Shown here one piece after another: positions 25,837 through 39,889 of a stretch of DNA of 64,000 bases (positions within the stretch are counted from its first letter, which is position 1; the number at the start of each line of letters is the position of its first letter). The notes under the pieces were generated by a model, which searched no databases, was not told where the DNA came from, and saw only the letters and a list, made by a program, of their open reading frames with translations. The DNA is taken from contig NC_068981.1 in NCBI RefSeq assembly GCF_001194135.2, positions 100,630,348-100,694,347 on the forward strand, read 5' to 3'. The position numbers and the translations under genes are program-made. The DNA is from Octopus bimaculoides (Eukaryota).

Positions 25837-27862
25837 ATAATAAAGGGTAAAGTGCCTCTTCAGTCATGAATGACTATGGGATTGCACCTAGAAAGTTACC
25901 CTCCGAGGTATAAGTCCAGGCAAGATTGTTTATGGAGGATCAACAGTCGCCCATGGATACCAGCTTCCCCTTCTCCACACCGTCAATGTTATCCAAGGGA
26001 AAGGCAAAAGGCCGATAAACCTTTGCACCAGTGACATTGCAAATCATTTCTACAGCTAAGTGAACTGGAACAACATGAAATAAAGTGTCTTGCTCAAGAA
26101 TACAACAGAGCCTGGTTTGGGAATCAAACTCACCACCTCATGATTATGAGCCCAATGCTCTAACCACTGAGCCATGCACCTACCCTTTAATGATAATGAT
26201 GATGATTTCTAATATGGGCATAGGGCCTCAAAATTGATGGAACAATATAATTGATTAAATTGACTCCAGTACTTGATTGGTACTTTATTTTATTAATCTT
26301 TGAAGGATAAAAAGTAAAATTGGTCTTAAAAAATTTGAACCTAAAGTGGCTCTAGGCCCAATAACACAACTAGCACCAGCCTGATAAACAGACATCACTA
26401 TACCATTGCTCAAAAAAAGAATATCCATTAATATCCAAGCATGACTGTGTGTTAAGAAGTCTCCCAACTATCTGGTTCCCGGTCCAGTCTCAATGTGTAA
26501 CACCTTGAGCAAGTGTTTTCTGTTTTCGCCCTGGGCCAACGAAAGCTTTGTGAATGGATTTGGTCGGTAAAAACTGAAAGAAGCCCCATCAAATGTGTGT
26601 GTATGTTTGTCATTATCTCCTTGCCTTGACATCACGTGATAGTTGTGGTAGTCAGAAATGAATATCTCTGTCATGCAAGTGGTACCCTTTATTCCCAGTC
26701 TTCCACGAAAATATGTCTGATTGTCTGGTCATAGGACAACATTACCTTACTTGGAAACAGGTGAGGGTTAGCAACAGAAAGGGTACTTGGCTGTAGAAAA
26801 TCTGACTTGGCAAAATTCTGACTGACCCAACGAAAAAGAAGACAAAAACGTTGAATGATATCAGTGTAAGTAATGCTTTGATGTATTTTGATGATATTGC
26901 TTTTTATCTAATATAAATTACATTTTGCTAATGTCTTCTCTAATCACTCATTAGCTACCAAGCGTAAATATTTAAATGAACACAAGATAAATCAACATCA
27001 GACAAATTCCGTCTTAAACAAAGAATGATGAACAATATAAATGTCATTTGACCCAAGGTTAAAAGGAGAGATGCATATTTTAAATTTGATGTATATAGAT
27101 GATAGAACAAGCAAATCTCTGCTTCATTAGATGCAAATATATTCATACTTAATAAAAATGATTACGATCTAAATAAAACTGAAAAAGTATAACAAGAGAA
27201 ATATATTTTCATACTACATGCATATTTTACTGCTCTCCTCTGCAAGCAAAATATGTCACTGGACTGGCTAGAAACAGTGGCCAAATCTTTGTAAATCATA
27301 TTTTACCATATTAAAAATAAGGACACATTAAGGCATTAGACAAAATACCTAGCTGGTTTTCTGTGTGTGTGTGTGTATTGATTTACCAAATGGCAATAAA
27401 TTATAGAATATGTAAAAGTAGGGTATTATTTAAGAAATTTTAACTGAATGGCTCGAAAAAAATGCATATATGTGTGTGTATTCATTCCTTCATTTAACAG
27501 CCATTTTCCATGCTAGCTTGAGATTGTGTGGGAAGTTATTTGAAGTAAGAGTAACCAGTCATAACATCAACAGAGAATGTCAACATCCACACTGCTATTG
27601 CTCAAGTGGTGACAAGCATGAATTATAAACACACACACACACACACACACACTGCATGTGTGTTATTTCTCTCCAAGTATTGCAGACGTTTTATATTCAG
27701 CATCTTGTGTCTCAATCATATAACATTATCTCTATCACTATGATCTAACAAAACCTTTAACAGTCAAATCCCTACACATCATATGATACCATCTTAAAAA
27801 AGGATGGACACATTAATAAACAAAACAGATAAGTTGTTCATGACTGAAACACCTTTGGTGAT

Positions 27863-28251
27863 TGTTGTTGTTGGCATTCCGTCGCTTACGACATCGAGGG
27901 TTCCAGTTGATCCGATCAACAGAACAGCCTGCTCGTGAAATTAACATGCAAGTGGCTGAGCACTCCACAGACACGTGTACCCTTAACATAGTTCTCGGGG
28001 ATATTCAGTGTGACACAGTGTGACAAAGCTGACCCTTTGAATTACAGGCACAACGGAAACAGGAAGTAAGAGTGAGAGAAAGTTGTGGCGAAAGAGTACA
28101 GCAGGGTTTGCCACCATCCCCTGCCGGAGTCTCGTGGAGCTTTAGGTGTTTTTGCTCAATAAACACTCACAATGCCCGATCTGGGAATCGAAACCGCGAT
28201 CCTATGACCGCGAGTCCGCTGTCCTAACCACTGGGCCATTGCGCCTCCACT
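27863..28251 (-). mobile_element. Young full-length tRNA-derived SINE (family C) with TSD
   Basis: Head TGGAGGCGCAATGGCCCAGTGGTTAG...GGTTTCGATTCCC (A and B boxes), (CAA)n tail, and 11-bp TSD CCTTTGGTGAT at 27852-27862 and 28252-28262. CpGs intact. Confidence 0.9.
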
Positions 28252-31200
28252 CCTTTGGTGATAGGTCTGCTCAATCAAGATAAAACTACTATTTCTTAAA
28301 ATGGCTACATATTTTGTCATTTACACTAGAAGGAAATACTTTTGTAACAAAGTAAAATTAATATCTTTGTTCCTTTTCATGCTCTAAGTTTTGTACTTTC
28401 AGCATATCACTTCATAATTAGCTCCATAATAGAAAACAGAAAGTGTTAACATCTAATAAGCTGTCTGAACAGTTCATGGACTTCTATTTTATGAATGTTT
28501 CTACCGGTTACTATCCCTCTTCAGCTAGCACATTTGAAATCTTGATTCTGTTTTTCCCCAAAGTACAAGTCCCACTGCACCTTTTTTGTTTACCTAATAT
28601 TTGGTCTGAGTTTAAGGTGGTGAGTTGGCAGAATTGTTCATATGCCAGGCAAAATGCTTAGCAGCATTTCATCCATCCTTACACTCTAAATTCAAATTCC
28701 ACTGGTGTTGACTTTTCCTTTCATCCATTCGGGGTCAATAAAATAAGTCCCAGTTTAGCACTAGGGTCAATGTAATCAACAAAACCCACTCCATGAAACT
28801 TTTGGCCTTGTGCCAAAATTTGAAACCAACATTTAGTTTGAGTTCCTATTTATTCCTTTCCTACATATTAACAAAAAGTACTTCAAATTATTAGCTTATA
28901 AACAAATTGCTTTACAGAATATTACTCATTTCTTTACTAGAAATGTAATTTATTGACATTTCCTTTCCATATTCTGCTGTATTGATATAATATTGGTTTA
29001 TTCTCACTAAGAAGAATGGGAAGTGGTGCACATTCTTAGCTGGTAGGGGTTCAACAAATTCAGTTGAATCTTCATCATCATCATTTGACTTATATTTTCC
29101 ATGTTGACATGATTTGATAGGATCTCACAAAACAGAGAGTTGCACCAAGCTCCACTACCAGCTTTGGCATGTTTTCTATGGCTGGATTCTCTTCTTAATG
29201 TCAACCATATTACAATGTGTTCTGGGTACCTTTTTGTACCACTAGTGTGATTGCCAAGTAAGTTGCAAAACAGAATCTGCATATATCATCATCATTTAAC
29301 ATCTATTGTCCATGCTGGCATAGGCTGAATGGTGTGACCAGAGCTGGTAAATCAGTGGTGGGGGCTGCACCAAACTTCAGTCTGATTTGGTTTGGTTTCT
29401 ACAGCTGGATACCCTTCTTAATGCCAATCACTTTACAGAGTGTGCTGGGTGCTTTTTTGTGGCACCACCCGGGTGCTTTTACGTCATTACACAGGCGCTT
29501 TTGTGTTGCCACACACATGCTTTTATGTGGCACTAACATGAGTGTATATGTACATATACTGAAAGGCTCTTCTCAACATGGGGTCATGAGGACTCATCAG
29601 TTTTGTTGTGGACATGACAACTTTTCTAATGCTTGTGCCATGATAAAATGCATTCAGTACACTCTGTAAAGTAGTTAATGTAAGAAAAGGCATCAAGCCA
29701 TTGAAACCAAGAAAAATGCAATATGTAAGCAAGATATGGTCTTCTGACCCACCTAGCTCAGTAACTTGAATTGTGACAGCCTATCCAACTCATACCAGCA
29801 TGGAAGCAGATGTAAAATGATGATCTATATGTATACTAAAATACAAATTAGATGGCTAATGATTGATTTACTTCCATATGCAAAACTCCTTTTGGTGAAA
29901 TCCTGACTTAGCCTATGTTGTAGCATTCAAATCTTTACCAGCAGAAGTATTTATTTTCACTCAGTGATTGGAAATGACTTTCCCAAATCAAAAATAGTTT
30001 GCTTTCTCAGCTCATCAAAACCTTCTCTCTTTCAGTATATACAACACTTATCCTTTGTATTAATTTCAAACATTGGTACAGGGTCACAAGTATATTAGGG
30101 AAGTGTATATTTGATTGTACTTGCTTGAAAATAACAATTTCAAGTTCTTGGCAGGTATTTGTTGATTTTATTTAGCTATACTTCATCCCTGACTTAGTAG
30201 ACCTATGCTCAGATGTTCTACAACCTATCTAGTTTTTTTTAAGAAATAGTTATATCTGGGACTACATTATTCAATGTCTCCTCTTTGCTTAACCCTTTTG
30301 TTAGTATATTTCTGTCGAAATACACTGCCTTTGTTTCAAGTAATGGAGAATAACCTTCATTAAGCTGGTGTTTGATACATAAATTAACATGAAATTTTGA
30401 TGGAAGGTTTTAATTTTAATCATTTTGCAACAGAATGTTTGTCTTAAGAGCAGTCTTAGGCAGGTTGGTATCAAGTATTAAAACTGTAGAGTGAGATTTG
30501 AAAGAAATTTGGTTGCTGTTTTTTGTAGATTGAGCAACTGTGTAAAGGCTCCCAGACATTTGTAATTCTGAAGCAGAATACATTATTCCCATTCATCTAA
30601 GGTTGAGAAGAGGTGACATAAACTGGGGATGCTACTCATGATGGACCAACATTCTACTGAGAGGAAGATTTCCATCTTTACTAAATACCGTGAACGCAAA
30701 GCTAAGTATTGACCCTTAACAGCATTCAAAACATAGAAGATATTTACTTTTTTCAATACAATACATGACTGGTATTTATTTTATTGGGCCTGAGAAGTAT
30801 GAAAAGGAAAACTGACTTGAGCAGTATTTTGAACTCAGATTTTAGTATGACAAAACAAAACACAGTTCAGGCATTTAACCTGGCTCTCTACCACCCACTT
30901 TTTCACTAACATCATCTCTGTAGATATAGTAATTTCTTATATTGGCACAAGCCCTCTAGCGGATGGTATAAGCGATTATACTGGCCCTAGTACTTGACTG
31001 GTACTTTATTTTATCGACTCTAGGGGATGAAATGCAAAGTCAACCCTGGCAAGATTTGGACTCAGAATATAAATGGTTGTATATAAATAAAGCAAAGCAT
31101 TTTTTTGTGATGCTAATCCATCATCCACAGTGACAATTCCTTGCCTATTTCATTTCAATGCCACTAAGGGCATGATATCCTGGTCAGTTCCCACTATTCT

Positions 31201-31698
31201 AAATGCTTACTATTTTTCATCCCCACTACATTGATAACATTGTTTCTGATTAGTTATCTTTTGTCCTCATATTTTATAGCCTTGTGAAAACTTCCCTTAC
31301 CAAGCTGCCTATTGGCTTAAAAACAATTTCTAAAAAGAAAAAAAATTATCTGTAATTCCTAAGTAATATATTTGTAGAAAAATAAAAGATGTGTACAAAA
31401 TAAATGGCATTCTCACAAGTTTTGTTTGGAAAAACTTCAGTTCATTTTCTTTATTGATATGCTTTTCATGACAAATTAACTGGTTTTAATCAATCTTATA
31501 ACGAAAAGCTTATAATGAAAACAGCCCATGCACATGGGGATAAAAATTGAATAAATAATAGAACCTTCTACATCAAAATAGAAAACAAATAGTTTTGAAC
31601 CAAGAATTAACTGAAATTTCATTAAGAAAACAAATCAATTTACATTTAAACATTATTGAGTTAGTCTACCAATTTAGACAAATAGATGTGTGTGTATG

Positions 31699-31735
<37 letters not shown>

Positions 31736-32092
31736 GCACACACACACACACACAAAGGTGGAAGTGAGCAGAGAGAGGGAAGAATGCACAGATGACCAAA
31801 TTGGCAGTGTATCGGACAGCCAACTAAGTAATTAGAAGTTTGTATCCCGACACAGGCACTTCAATGTCAAGTTTCTACCTGGCTGTAAATAGACACCACA
31901 GAGAACAAGTTACTGTTGTAACCTGTAGACCTGTAGTAGCACTCCAAAATTGATGAATGTTTCATTAACTTGCAGTGCTGAGTTGAACTCAGCCTGAGAG
32001 TACAGACAAACTGACTCACAGTAGACGCACTACATGAATGCCAGGTCTCCTGTAGTGTCTCTATGACTTACACAACTTGCCATATGTATGTT

Positions 32093-32134
<42 letters not shown>

Positions 32135-33112
32135 GTGTATTTTTGGTATTAGATATGATGACAAATCGGGGTTAGATTCTCGTAGCTTGATAAGAGAATA
32201 AGTAAAAATATATAAAAACAGTTTGAGCTACTATTTTAAAACATAATTTGTGGAGTTCAAAGGTAGGTTCCAATATCTAACTTATATCATTCCAAGAATG
32301 ATTTCATGTGAAGAGTTGGAAGAGCCAATGTATTTTCATACTTTTTTCTTCATTGTCACAGCTGGCCGTTGAGTTGATAAAGTGTTTATTGATCAAAGAT
32401 GTGATGTGTGATATCTCTGACAAAACAGTTATTTCTTAATAGTCAAATCCATTAGCTACCACAGAGAGCTGCAGTGTGCTGGTTTAAGCAGCAAAGAGAC
32501 AATGTACCAACTGATAAGTACCAGTCTTTTCTGTTGGCAGCTTAAGATGATATGGATACATTTGTAAATTGTACCGAATGTAAATTTCTAATGCAACCGA
32601 GAAATACTTCTATGTATTCTCCCTTGAATCCAATATTAAAACGAGGTCTTCTGTCAGATCCATAACAGATCCTGAGAAATTAGTTTACTTTTACAACTTA
32701 CAGAGCTTCAGTCTGTAAAAATAAGACAAGAAAAAAAATTCAAAATACAGTATAGTCATTTCAAAATCAGAGATGTTCCAAGAGAAAAATTAAATCACTG
32801 AAGTTTTCTTTTTACATGGTTTTTATACAGTATTGTATGACAAAAAAATAAATATTTCTTTCCTTTCATCTTCCATTTTTTTTCTTATTTGTTTTGTGAA
32901 TGATTTTATAATGGTTAATAAAATAAACATATATAAATAATATTTTTTTTAAATGTCGGCAAAAAAAAAATATATAAATCAAAAAAAAAATCACACCCAA
33001 AGTTTATTTCATCTTGGTGGTGGAATAAGGAGGGAAATATCTTGAAAATGAGGAAGAAAAAGAATTAAGAAAAAAAAAGGTGGGATGGGGGTATATTTCG
33101 AAAACTGTGCAA

Positions 33113-33245
33113 TTAATTGCCACCCAGTGTTTGCCCACGTCCCCAGGTATGTCCACCTTCGCCTCCTTGATTACCATTTGTAAATCTTCGTCTGGGTGCT
33201 TCTCCAAATCCTGCCCAAGTCTGATGGCTTGGGAAGTATTTGTAA
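33113..33245 (-). CDS. DERL1: Derlin-1 exon 8 (stop codon)
   Basis: tttccag|TTACAAATAC...AATTAA. Encodes YKYFPSHQTWAGFGEAPRRR...GHTWGRGQTLGGN*, with a C-terminal SHP box (WGRGQTLG). The eight exons total 756 nt = 251 aa + stop. Confidence 0.95.
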
Positions 33246-33759
33246 CTGGAAAAAAAAATTTAAATATGTAAAGGACATTTTGAAAAAGTCTTACTTTTGA
33301 TTTGATTTGATTTTCTAATGTAGATTAAAATGGTTTTACAAATTTTTAACATTTCTTTAAATTGCTGTAGGTAAATAATGCTGGACACCATCATTTGAAA
33401 TGTCAACCATGGTAGCATTTTAATTTTTTTCAACTGATTTCCCCTTGATAAAGGATGCCCCAAAATGTCTTATATTTAAATAAACAACTTCACCAATCAT
33501 CCACTACATATCATTCTTATTTTAACACATTCTTAATGTTGGCATCTGTTATTTCATTGAACTGTCTCGTGTATAAATGCTTCTTCAAACCATCTGAATT
33601 CAATGTCTCTCAACAGTTAAAACTGCACCTCGAATGGACCAAATATTCCTAACCCCAATCAAACTATTGTAAGTCCTCCACATTTACAGAAGATACTGGG
33701 TGCTTTTTATTGAGGTACCAACACTAGATAGGTTGTCATATCCTTGACAGACTCTAAAG

Positions 33760-34075
33760 CAGTGTTTCCCAACCTATTTTTCCCCAGACCCCAACATAAC
33801 TTTCCAGAAAAATGTAAGTCCCACCAGTGGTTGGAAAAAAAAAAAACATCTTTATTTTTAATATTTTATCTTAATTATTTAATACAAAAGAAGATACTGG
33901 TAACTCTTTTATTAAGTAACAAGTACAAAAAAATGTAGATTATTGACTAAGAAAAAAGTTTTCACAATTTCATGTTCCACTAAAAAAGAATGGAAAAAAA
34001 ATATGACTCTCACACCCCACCACAATTTTCTAAAGCCCCACCGGTGAGGTGTATGTCTCACACTGGGAATCACTG
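33760..34075. mobile_element. hAT-type MITE
   Basis: TIRs cagtgtttcccaa / ctgggaatcactg. 8-bp TSD CTCTAAAG / CTCTTAAG (7 of 8 match). Confidence 0.75.
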
Positions 34076-34370
34076 CTCTTAAGTGTCCTGTCAACCCTAA
34101 ATTTTCTCCACTCATTTGACAACCACTTTACAGAGTGTGCTGGGAACATTTTTTATCATAGTACCAGCACTACTGAGGTTGCCTTGTATGCCACAAGACA
34201 AAAAGGCTCTAAAAGTCCCTACAGCTCAACACTGTCACCCATCAGAAAAGTTCTAAGAGTCCCTACTGCTCAAAGCTGTCTCCTTTCAGAAAGTAAGAAT
34301 GAAGAAGTTGGCATAAAAGAGAACGTGTATGTATAATCATACATAAGTGCAAGCATATGCTTATACTTAC

Positions 34371-34481
34371 AGAAACTGTGGTGTTGTAATAAGCTGAGGA
34401 CCTCCAAAATCCTGTGGGTACTTGAATTTCAAAAAGAAATACAGATGGCCAACAAGAATGCCAATCAACTCAAACAAACCT
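34371..34481 (-). CDS. DERL1: Derlin-1 exon 7
   Basis: tttcag|AGGTTTG...TTTCT|gtaagt. Encodes GLFELIGILVGHLYFFLKFKYPQDFGGPQLITTPQF(L), with the rhomboid-like GxxxGH motif. 111 nt. Confidence 0.95.
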
Positions 34482-34786
34482 CTGAAATAAAGAAAGAAAT
34501 TTTTTTAGATCACTATGTTATATTATTATCGTCACCATTTAACATCCACTTTTCCATGCTTACATAGGCCAGACAGAATTTGTTGAGGTGGATTCTCTAC
34601 AGCAGATGTCCTTCCTACTACCAACCCTCACCTGTTTCCAAATAAAGTATTATGACCAGACATTGTTTTTACTGAAGACTGGAAATGAAAGACACCTGCA
34701 CGATGGTGACATTTGCTCACAACTATCATATGATGTCAATGCAACGGGGACAGTAACACAGAGACATATATATATATATATATCAT

Positions 34787-34822
<36 letters not shown>

Positions 34823-35529
34823 CAAGACAGGTTTCCTTCAGTTTCCCCTCAACCATATCCACTCACAAGGCTTTGGTCAACCTGGGGCTATAGAAGATAT
34901 TTGTCTAAGGTGCCATGCAGTGGGACTAAACCTGAAACAATGTGGTTGAGAAGCAAACTTCTTACCATACAGTCACACTTGTACCCATATATATATCATT
35001 TTCCTCCTCATCATATGTTTATCTCTTTAACAATTAAACCAGCCATACCCAATCCAAATATTCCACTAATATTTTATGTATAAACAGTCAGATCCAGTCT
35101 CTCACACCTACCCTACAATGTCATTCTAAAAATAAACAATTGTATCATCGAAATCTCAAAGCTATGAGACAATGCATGATTAATTCAAAACAATGTGAAT
35201 AAATAAGCATTACATTTGACAGAGTAATCTGAATGTTAAAGGGTTAAACATTTGTAATTTTTTTATCTTATTGGCATGAGATGAACATGTCTACATAGTC
35301 TCTAAGGTTGCCAGAGTAAATTCAACATGTATGGTGAAGTCACATCTTAAAAATGGTATTTGTTCTTAAGAAGTAGCTTTGTGCTGAGGTTCCTCCTCTT
35401 AGCATTACAATAATATAAAATTTCAATTGGAAGATATGCTGTTGGTCTTTGAATATCCATTTACTCCAAGGTGGACTAAGTCAGCAAGAGTTGAATGTCT
35501 TGCTCTCATTACAGATTAATGCTGGTAGT

Positions 35530-35893
35530 GGCCTGTAAATAGCACCATTAGAGTGTAATCGTTACCAGCGTTGCCTTCTAGCACTTGTGCTGGTGGCACG
35601 TTAGAAAATCATTTGAGCGAGGTCGTTGCCAGTGCCGCTGGACTGGCTCCCATGCAGGTGGCACGTAAAAAACACCTTTTTGAGCATGGCCATTGCCAGT
35701 ACCATGTGACTGGCCCTTGTGCCGGTGGCACGTAAAAAGCACCCACTACACTCTCTGAGTGGTTGGCGTTAGGAAGGGCATCCAGCTGTAGAAACTCTGC
35801 CAGATCAGATTGGAACCTGGTGCAGCCTTCTGGCTTGTCAGTCCTCAGTCAAATTGTCCAACCCATGCTAGCATGGAAAGCGGACGTTAAACA

Positions 35894-35922
<29 letters not shown>
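35530..35922 (+). mobile_element. RTE LINE 3'-end fragment with (GAT)n tail
   Basis: Ends ...gtccaacccatgctagcatggaaagcggacgttaaacaa(tga)n. The same terminus occurs on - at ~18247, ~41365-41760, ~42764-43390 and in many shorter fragments. Confidence 0.8.
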
Positions 35923-35925
<3 letters not shown>

Positions 35926-36663
35926 TTCTAACAATATAAGATACTTATCTATTCTTTGAAAATGTGGCTAACCAATTGAATACTTGCAGTGAATAAACAA
36001 AATATTTGCAGTCAAACAAAACACGAACAATTATGTTTATAATCCAAATGCATACGCTACATATGATTAGGGATGTTGTTAGGGAGGAGCACTCATAGAA
36101 ACATCACTGAGCAATTCGAATACCAAACACAATGAGTAATTGTTTGCAGCACTGCACGCTCATCTAGCCATTATTACCAACTTGAAAAAACCAGTAGTGG
36201 TAGCAGATGACATCTAAGAAACTTAGATACATAATTAGGTTGACTGAGCCACTAAATAGCAGTGTGGGATATGGTACATGGACCCTTCAGATGATAGTTA
36301 ACACTTTTTTGATTTAGAAAGATATATTCTTTTAAAGTGGGCACCAAAGAAATATTTTTGTAACAATCTCCCGCAGTTAAATGTAAACAAAAACAAACAA
36401 ATTCCATTAATACATTCTGTAAAGTGGTTGGCATTACAGACGCCTAGAGCTTCGTGCAGCTCTTTAGCTTACCAGCTCTAGTCAAACCATTTAACCCATG
36501 CCAGCATGAAAAACGAATGTTAAATGTTAATGATGATGAACCAGTTATATTTACAACACAAAAATATCCAATGATGCTTATAATAACTGGTAAAAAAAAA
36601 GCTAGCTATTCAAAGAGAAGCATATTAGTGAAGGACGTTTATAGCATTAAAAATTGAACTTAC

Positions 36664-36716
36664 CCATCACCAACAATCAGGTTAAAGCCTAACAACACCC
36701 AAGGTAAATACATGGC
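36664..36716 (-). CDS. DERL1: Derlin-1 exon 6
   Basis: gtag|GCCATGTAT...GATGG|gtaagt. Encodes AMYLPWVLLGFNLIVGD(G). 53 nt. Confidence 0.95.
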
Positions 36717-38515
36717 CTACAATAAAAAATAAAGCGGTTATTAAATTTTGGTACGTTTTTGTTGTCAACAACACTATTTTCCTCGCTATATAAAAAAACT
36801 GTCCACTTCAACAGTGTTATTAATATTATTAAGTGGCAACTCATTCTATATGAAGGGCTTGATATGCCAGGAAAAGGCAGCTACAGCTTGGTACCAATGT
36901 CATTCACAAGTATTGCTGTCAGAATGCAAAGCATTTCCTTTAATGTATTAACAATTCCATTAATCCACCACTCTTATTACTTGAGCTTGAAAGGATCAAA
37001 GACAATGCTGAACTCAGAGCACAACTACCACAAGGCATTATATCCACTGCTCTAATCACCACCAATTCGCTGTCTTAAATAACAAAGAATTCAAACCCTT
37101 ATCCTCACACTCATTTTCTTCCTACACCATTAATACAATCAGTAAAACAATAGTCAATAGCTTTAAGTGAAATTAACTGAATATTGTTAAAGATTAAGAT
37201 TTGAATAAAGGAAAATTTAAGATGGAAAAGGTGAATGCAAAATATATTCACAAACACTAGGAGTTTATCTATATCTTATGGCATTCACTTATGTATTCAT
37301 TGATATTAAATCAGTAATAATTCAAGATTTAAGTGTGCCTCACACAACCTCCTGTTCTTTCAAATGTTTAAATGCCAGCTACTCAGTGTTTGTTAAAGAT
37401 GTGAAGAAATCTAACTTATTAAAGCAGATTTTATTGTCACTTAATGACAATCATTACAACTGATTGAGATAGAAGGATGCTGAACTACGATGGTTTAGGT
37501 CTTACTGATATTTAACCAGGTTCTTAGTAAAATCACTAAACTCTCAATGACCCAGTCAATTTAGCTGAACAAAGGTACTGGAGGAAGGATAATGTCCCTA
37601 ACTGGAATGAAAAAAGGGGATGGTGAGGCTGTATAAGTAATAAGTATTTCGTTAGACTGTGGTGATGGAAAAGTACATTACACTATCTGCATTCTACTCC
37701 AAGTAAATTTTTATGATGAATCATAAAGGTCAACTCATTATAGATCAAATACTGATTTCAAATTTTGGCACAAGGCCAGCAATTTTGGGGAAGGAGGTAA
37801 GTCAATTACATTGATTCCAGTACTCAACTAGAAAGATGAAAAGTAGTCAACCTCAGTGGAATTTGAATTTAGAATGTAAAGACAGATGAAATACTGCTTA
37901 GCATTTTTCCCAGCACGCTAACAATTCTGCCAGCTTGCTGCCGTTTGGTAGATCAGATATTACTTTCAAGAAAAGAGCACTTCCTTAACACAGTACTTAA
38001 CAACATAAAAGGCATTTTATACATAAGAAATATTTAATGAAATGTGGATTAAGAAATACACTTAATGTATTTCTTAAGAAATCCAACTTCAAATTCTAAT
38101 AAAAACTAACACAGAAAGAAAGGCATCAAATACAGACATTAGAGTGTGATTAACAAATCTCATTTTCTTAACCCATTACCTACCAGTGATCTCATATGAG
38201 ATCACTTAAAAATTACAAATTTCGTAATTATCTGTCAATATTTACACATATCTAACCTTTTAGCTATATCTACTAGGTATATTTCTCTGATATTCAAATG
38301 AGGTTTGCTAATTTTTCACCCAATATTTCGCTTATTTCTATTTAAAATGTTATTTTGAAATGTTATTTTGATCATTCCAGCATGTTTCTAAGACTGTTTT
38401 ATGCTAGAAATCAAAGTTTCATAAAAAAAATTCCAGTTAATAGAATTATGGGAGGTAATGGGTTAAGTCAAAGGTGTGAAAAATTGTTTCCATGAGGAAG
38501 TTATGTATAGTTTAC

Positions 38516-38611
38516 CGGAAAGCGAGTTCCGAACCAGAAAGTTACGGTTGTATCTTTGTTCAGTTGACACCAGATGTATAGTACACTCAGAACCATAGGA
38601 TCCATCAAAAG
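38516..38611 (-). CDS. DERL1: Derlin-1 exon 5
   Basis: tttgcag|CTTTTGATG...TTTCCG|gtaaaa. Encodes LLMDPMVLSVLYIWCQLNKDTTVTFWFGTRFP. 96 nt. Confidence 0.95.
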
Positions 38612-39862
38612 CTGCAAAGAAAATCAAATCCTCATGATTTCTAGATTTTAAAATAATCTGAAAAAGAAAAGTCAGGAAATTTACATTTTTCCTTATTACC
38701 TTCCCAATATTGGTTTCAAATTTTGGCACAAGGACAGCAATTTCAGAGCAGGGGGCAAGTTGATTACATCAACCCCAGTGTTCAACTGGTACTTATTCTA
38801 TTGACCCCGAAAGGATGAAAGGCAAAGTCAACCTTGGGGAATTTAAACTCAGAACATACAGATAGACAAAATGCTGCTAAACATTTTACCCAGAATGCTA
38901 AATATTCTGCCTTATTACCTTTCTGATATTCTGAAACATTTAATAAGCAAAGAAATAATTATCAAGGACAACTAAAAATCATGGTCTATTCATACAGATC
39001 TGACTTTATACTCTATTTATATAAGCTAGTCTTTGAAAAATGATGTTTACTGGAAATGAAGTCAGTAATAATGGGTTAAAACCATCTTATAAGAAAACTA
39101 TTGAAAGCTGCAAGCAGCAGAGAATGAGGTTCAACAAAATTTAGAAAACTGTCTCTTTAAAAGGAATCTCAAGTGGGAAAGAACATGTTGAGTAAAATTT
39201 CCAACAATGGCAGCAAGAAAAAAAAACGGACATGAAATTATTTTCCAAGAAACAAATCACTTTTTCTGTGCAGGTACAATAAGCACTAAAAATATGCAGA
39301 CAACAGACTCCCTCAAATGCTCAAGTGGATTGTTAGAAATAGTAGATAGCTTCTGTTACCAAGGAGACCAAGTTAGCAGTGGGGGAGGAAGTTCTGAAAG
39401 TGTAGTTGCTAGGATAAGAACGGGCTGGGCAAAGTTCAGAGAGCTTCTACCTTCGTTAGTAACTCAGAGTGAAAGGCAGATTGTATGATGCCTGTGTACA
39501 TACAGCTGGGCAATTTTCAAAGAAGTGTTAACTAAACAAACATACACAAACACACATATACATATATACATGCACACAAGTGCATTTGTACACATACCCA
39601 CACACACAGAATTGGATTCTTCCAGTTGCCATCTACCACATCCATTCACAAGGATTTGATTGACCCAATGCTATGATAAGAGACACTTGTCCAAAGTTGG
39701 AACCAAGCAATTTCAAAGAGAATCAGTTGACAATATCAAATTAAGGAGAAATCAGATACTTTTGATTACATAAGATTTAAAAGCAATGTTCTGTGAAACA
39801 ACATAAAAGTTTAAAAAAGAAATAATTGTGAAACGCTGAAGTAATAAAGAAAATTTACTTAC

Positions 39863-39889
39863 CAAGAGATCTGCTGTTAAACCTATTAG
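39863..39889 (-). CDS. DERL1: Derlin-1 exon 4 (27-nt microexon)
   Basis: ccctaag|CTAATAGGTTTAACAGCAGATCTCTTG|gtaagt. Encodes LIGLTADLL. Fills the gap between exons 3 and 5 in phase 0. Confidence 0.85.

Noticed and set aside
28170-28251. tRNA gene
   Set aside because: The tRNA-like head continues into a SINE body with a tail and TSD, and no complete acceptor stem was seen.
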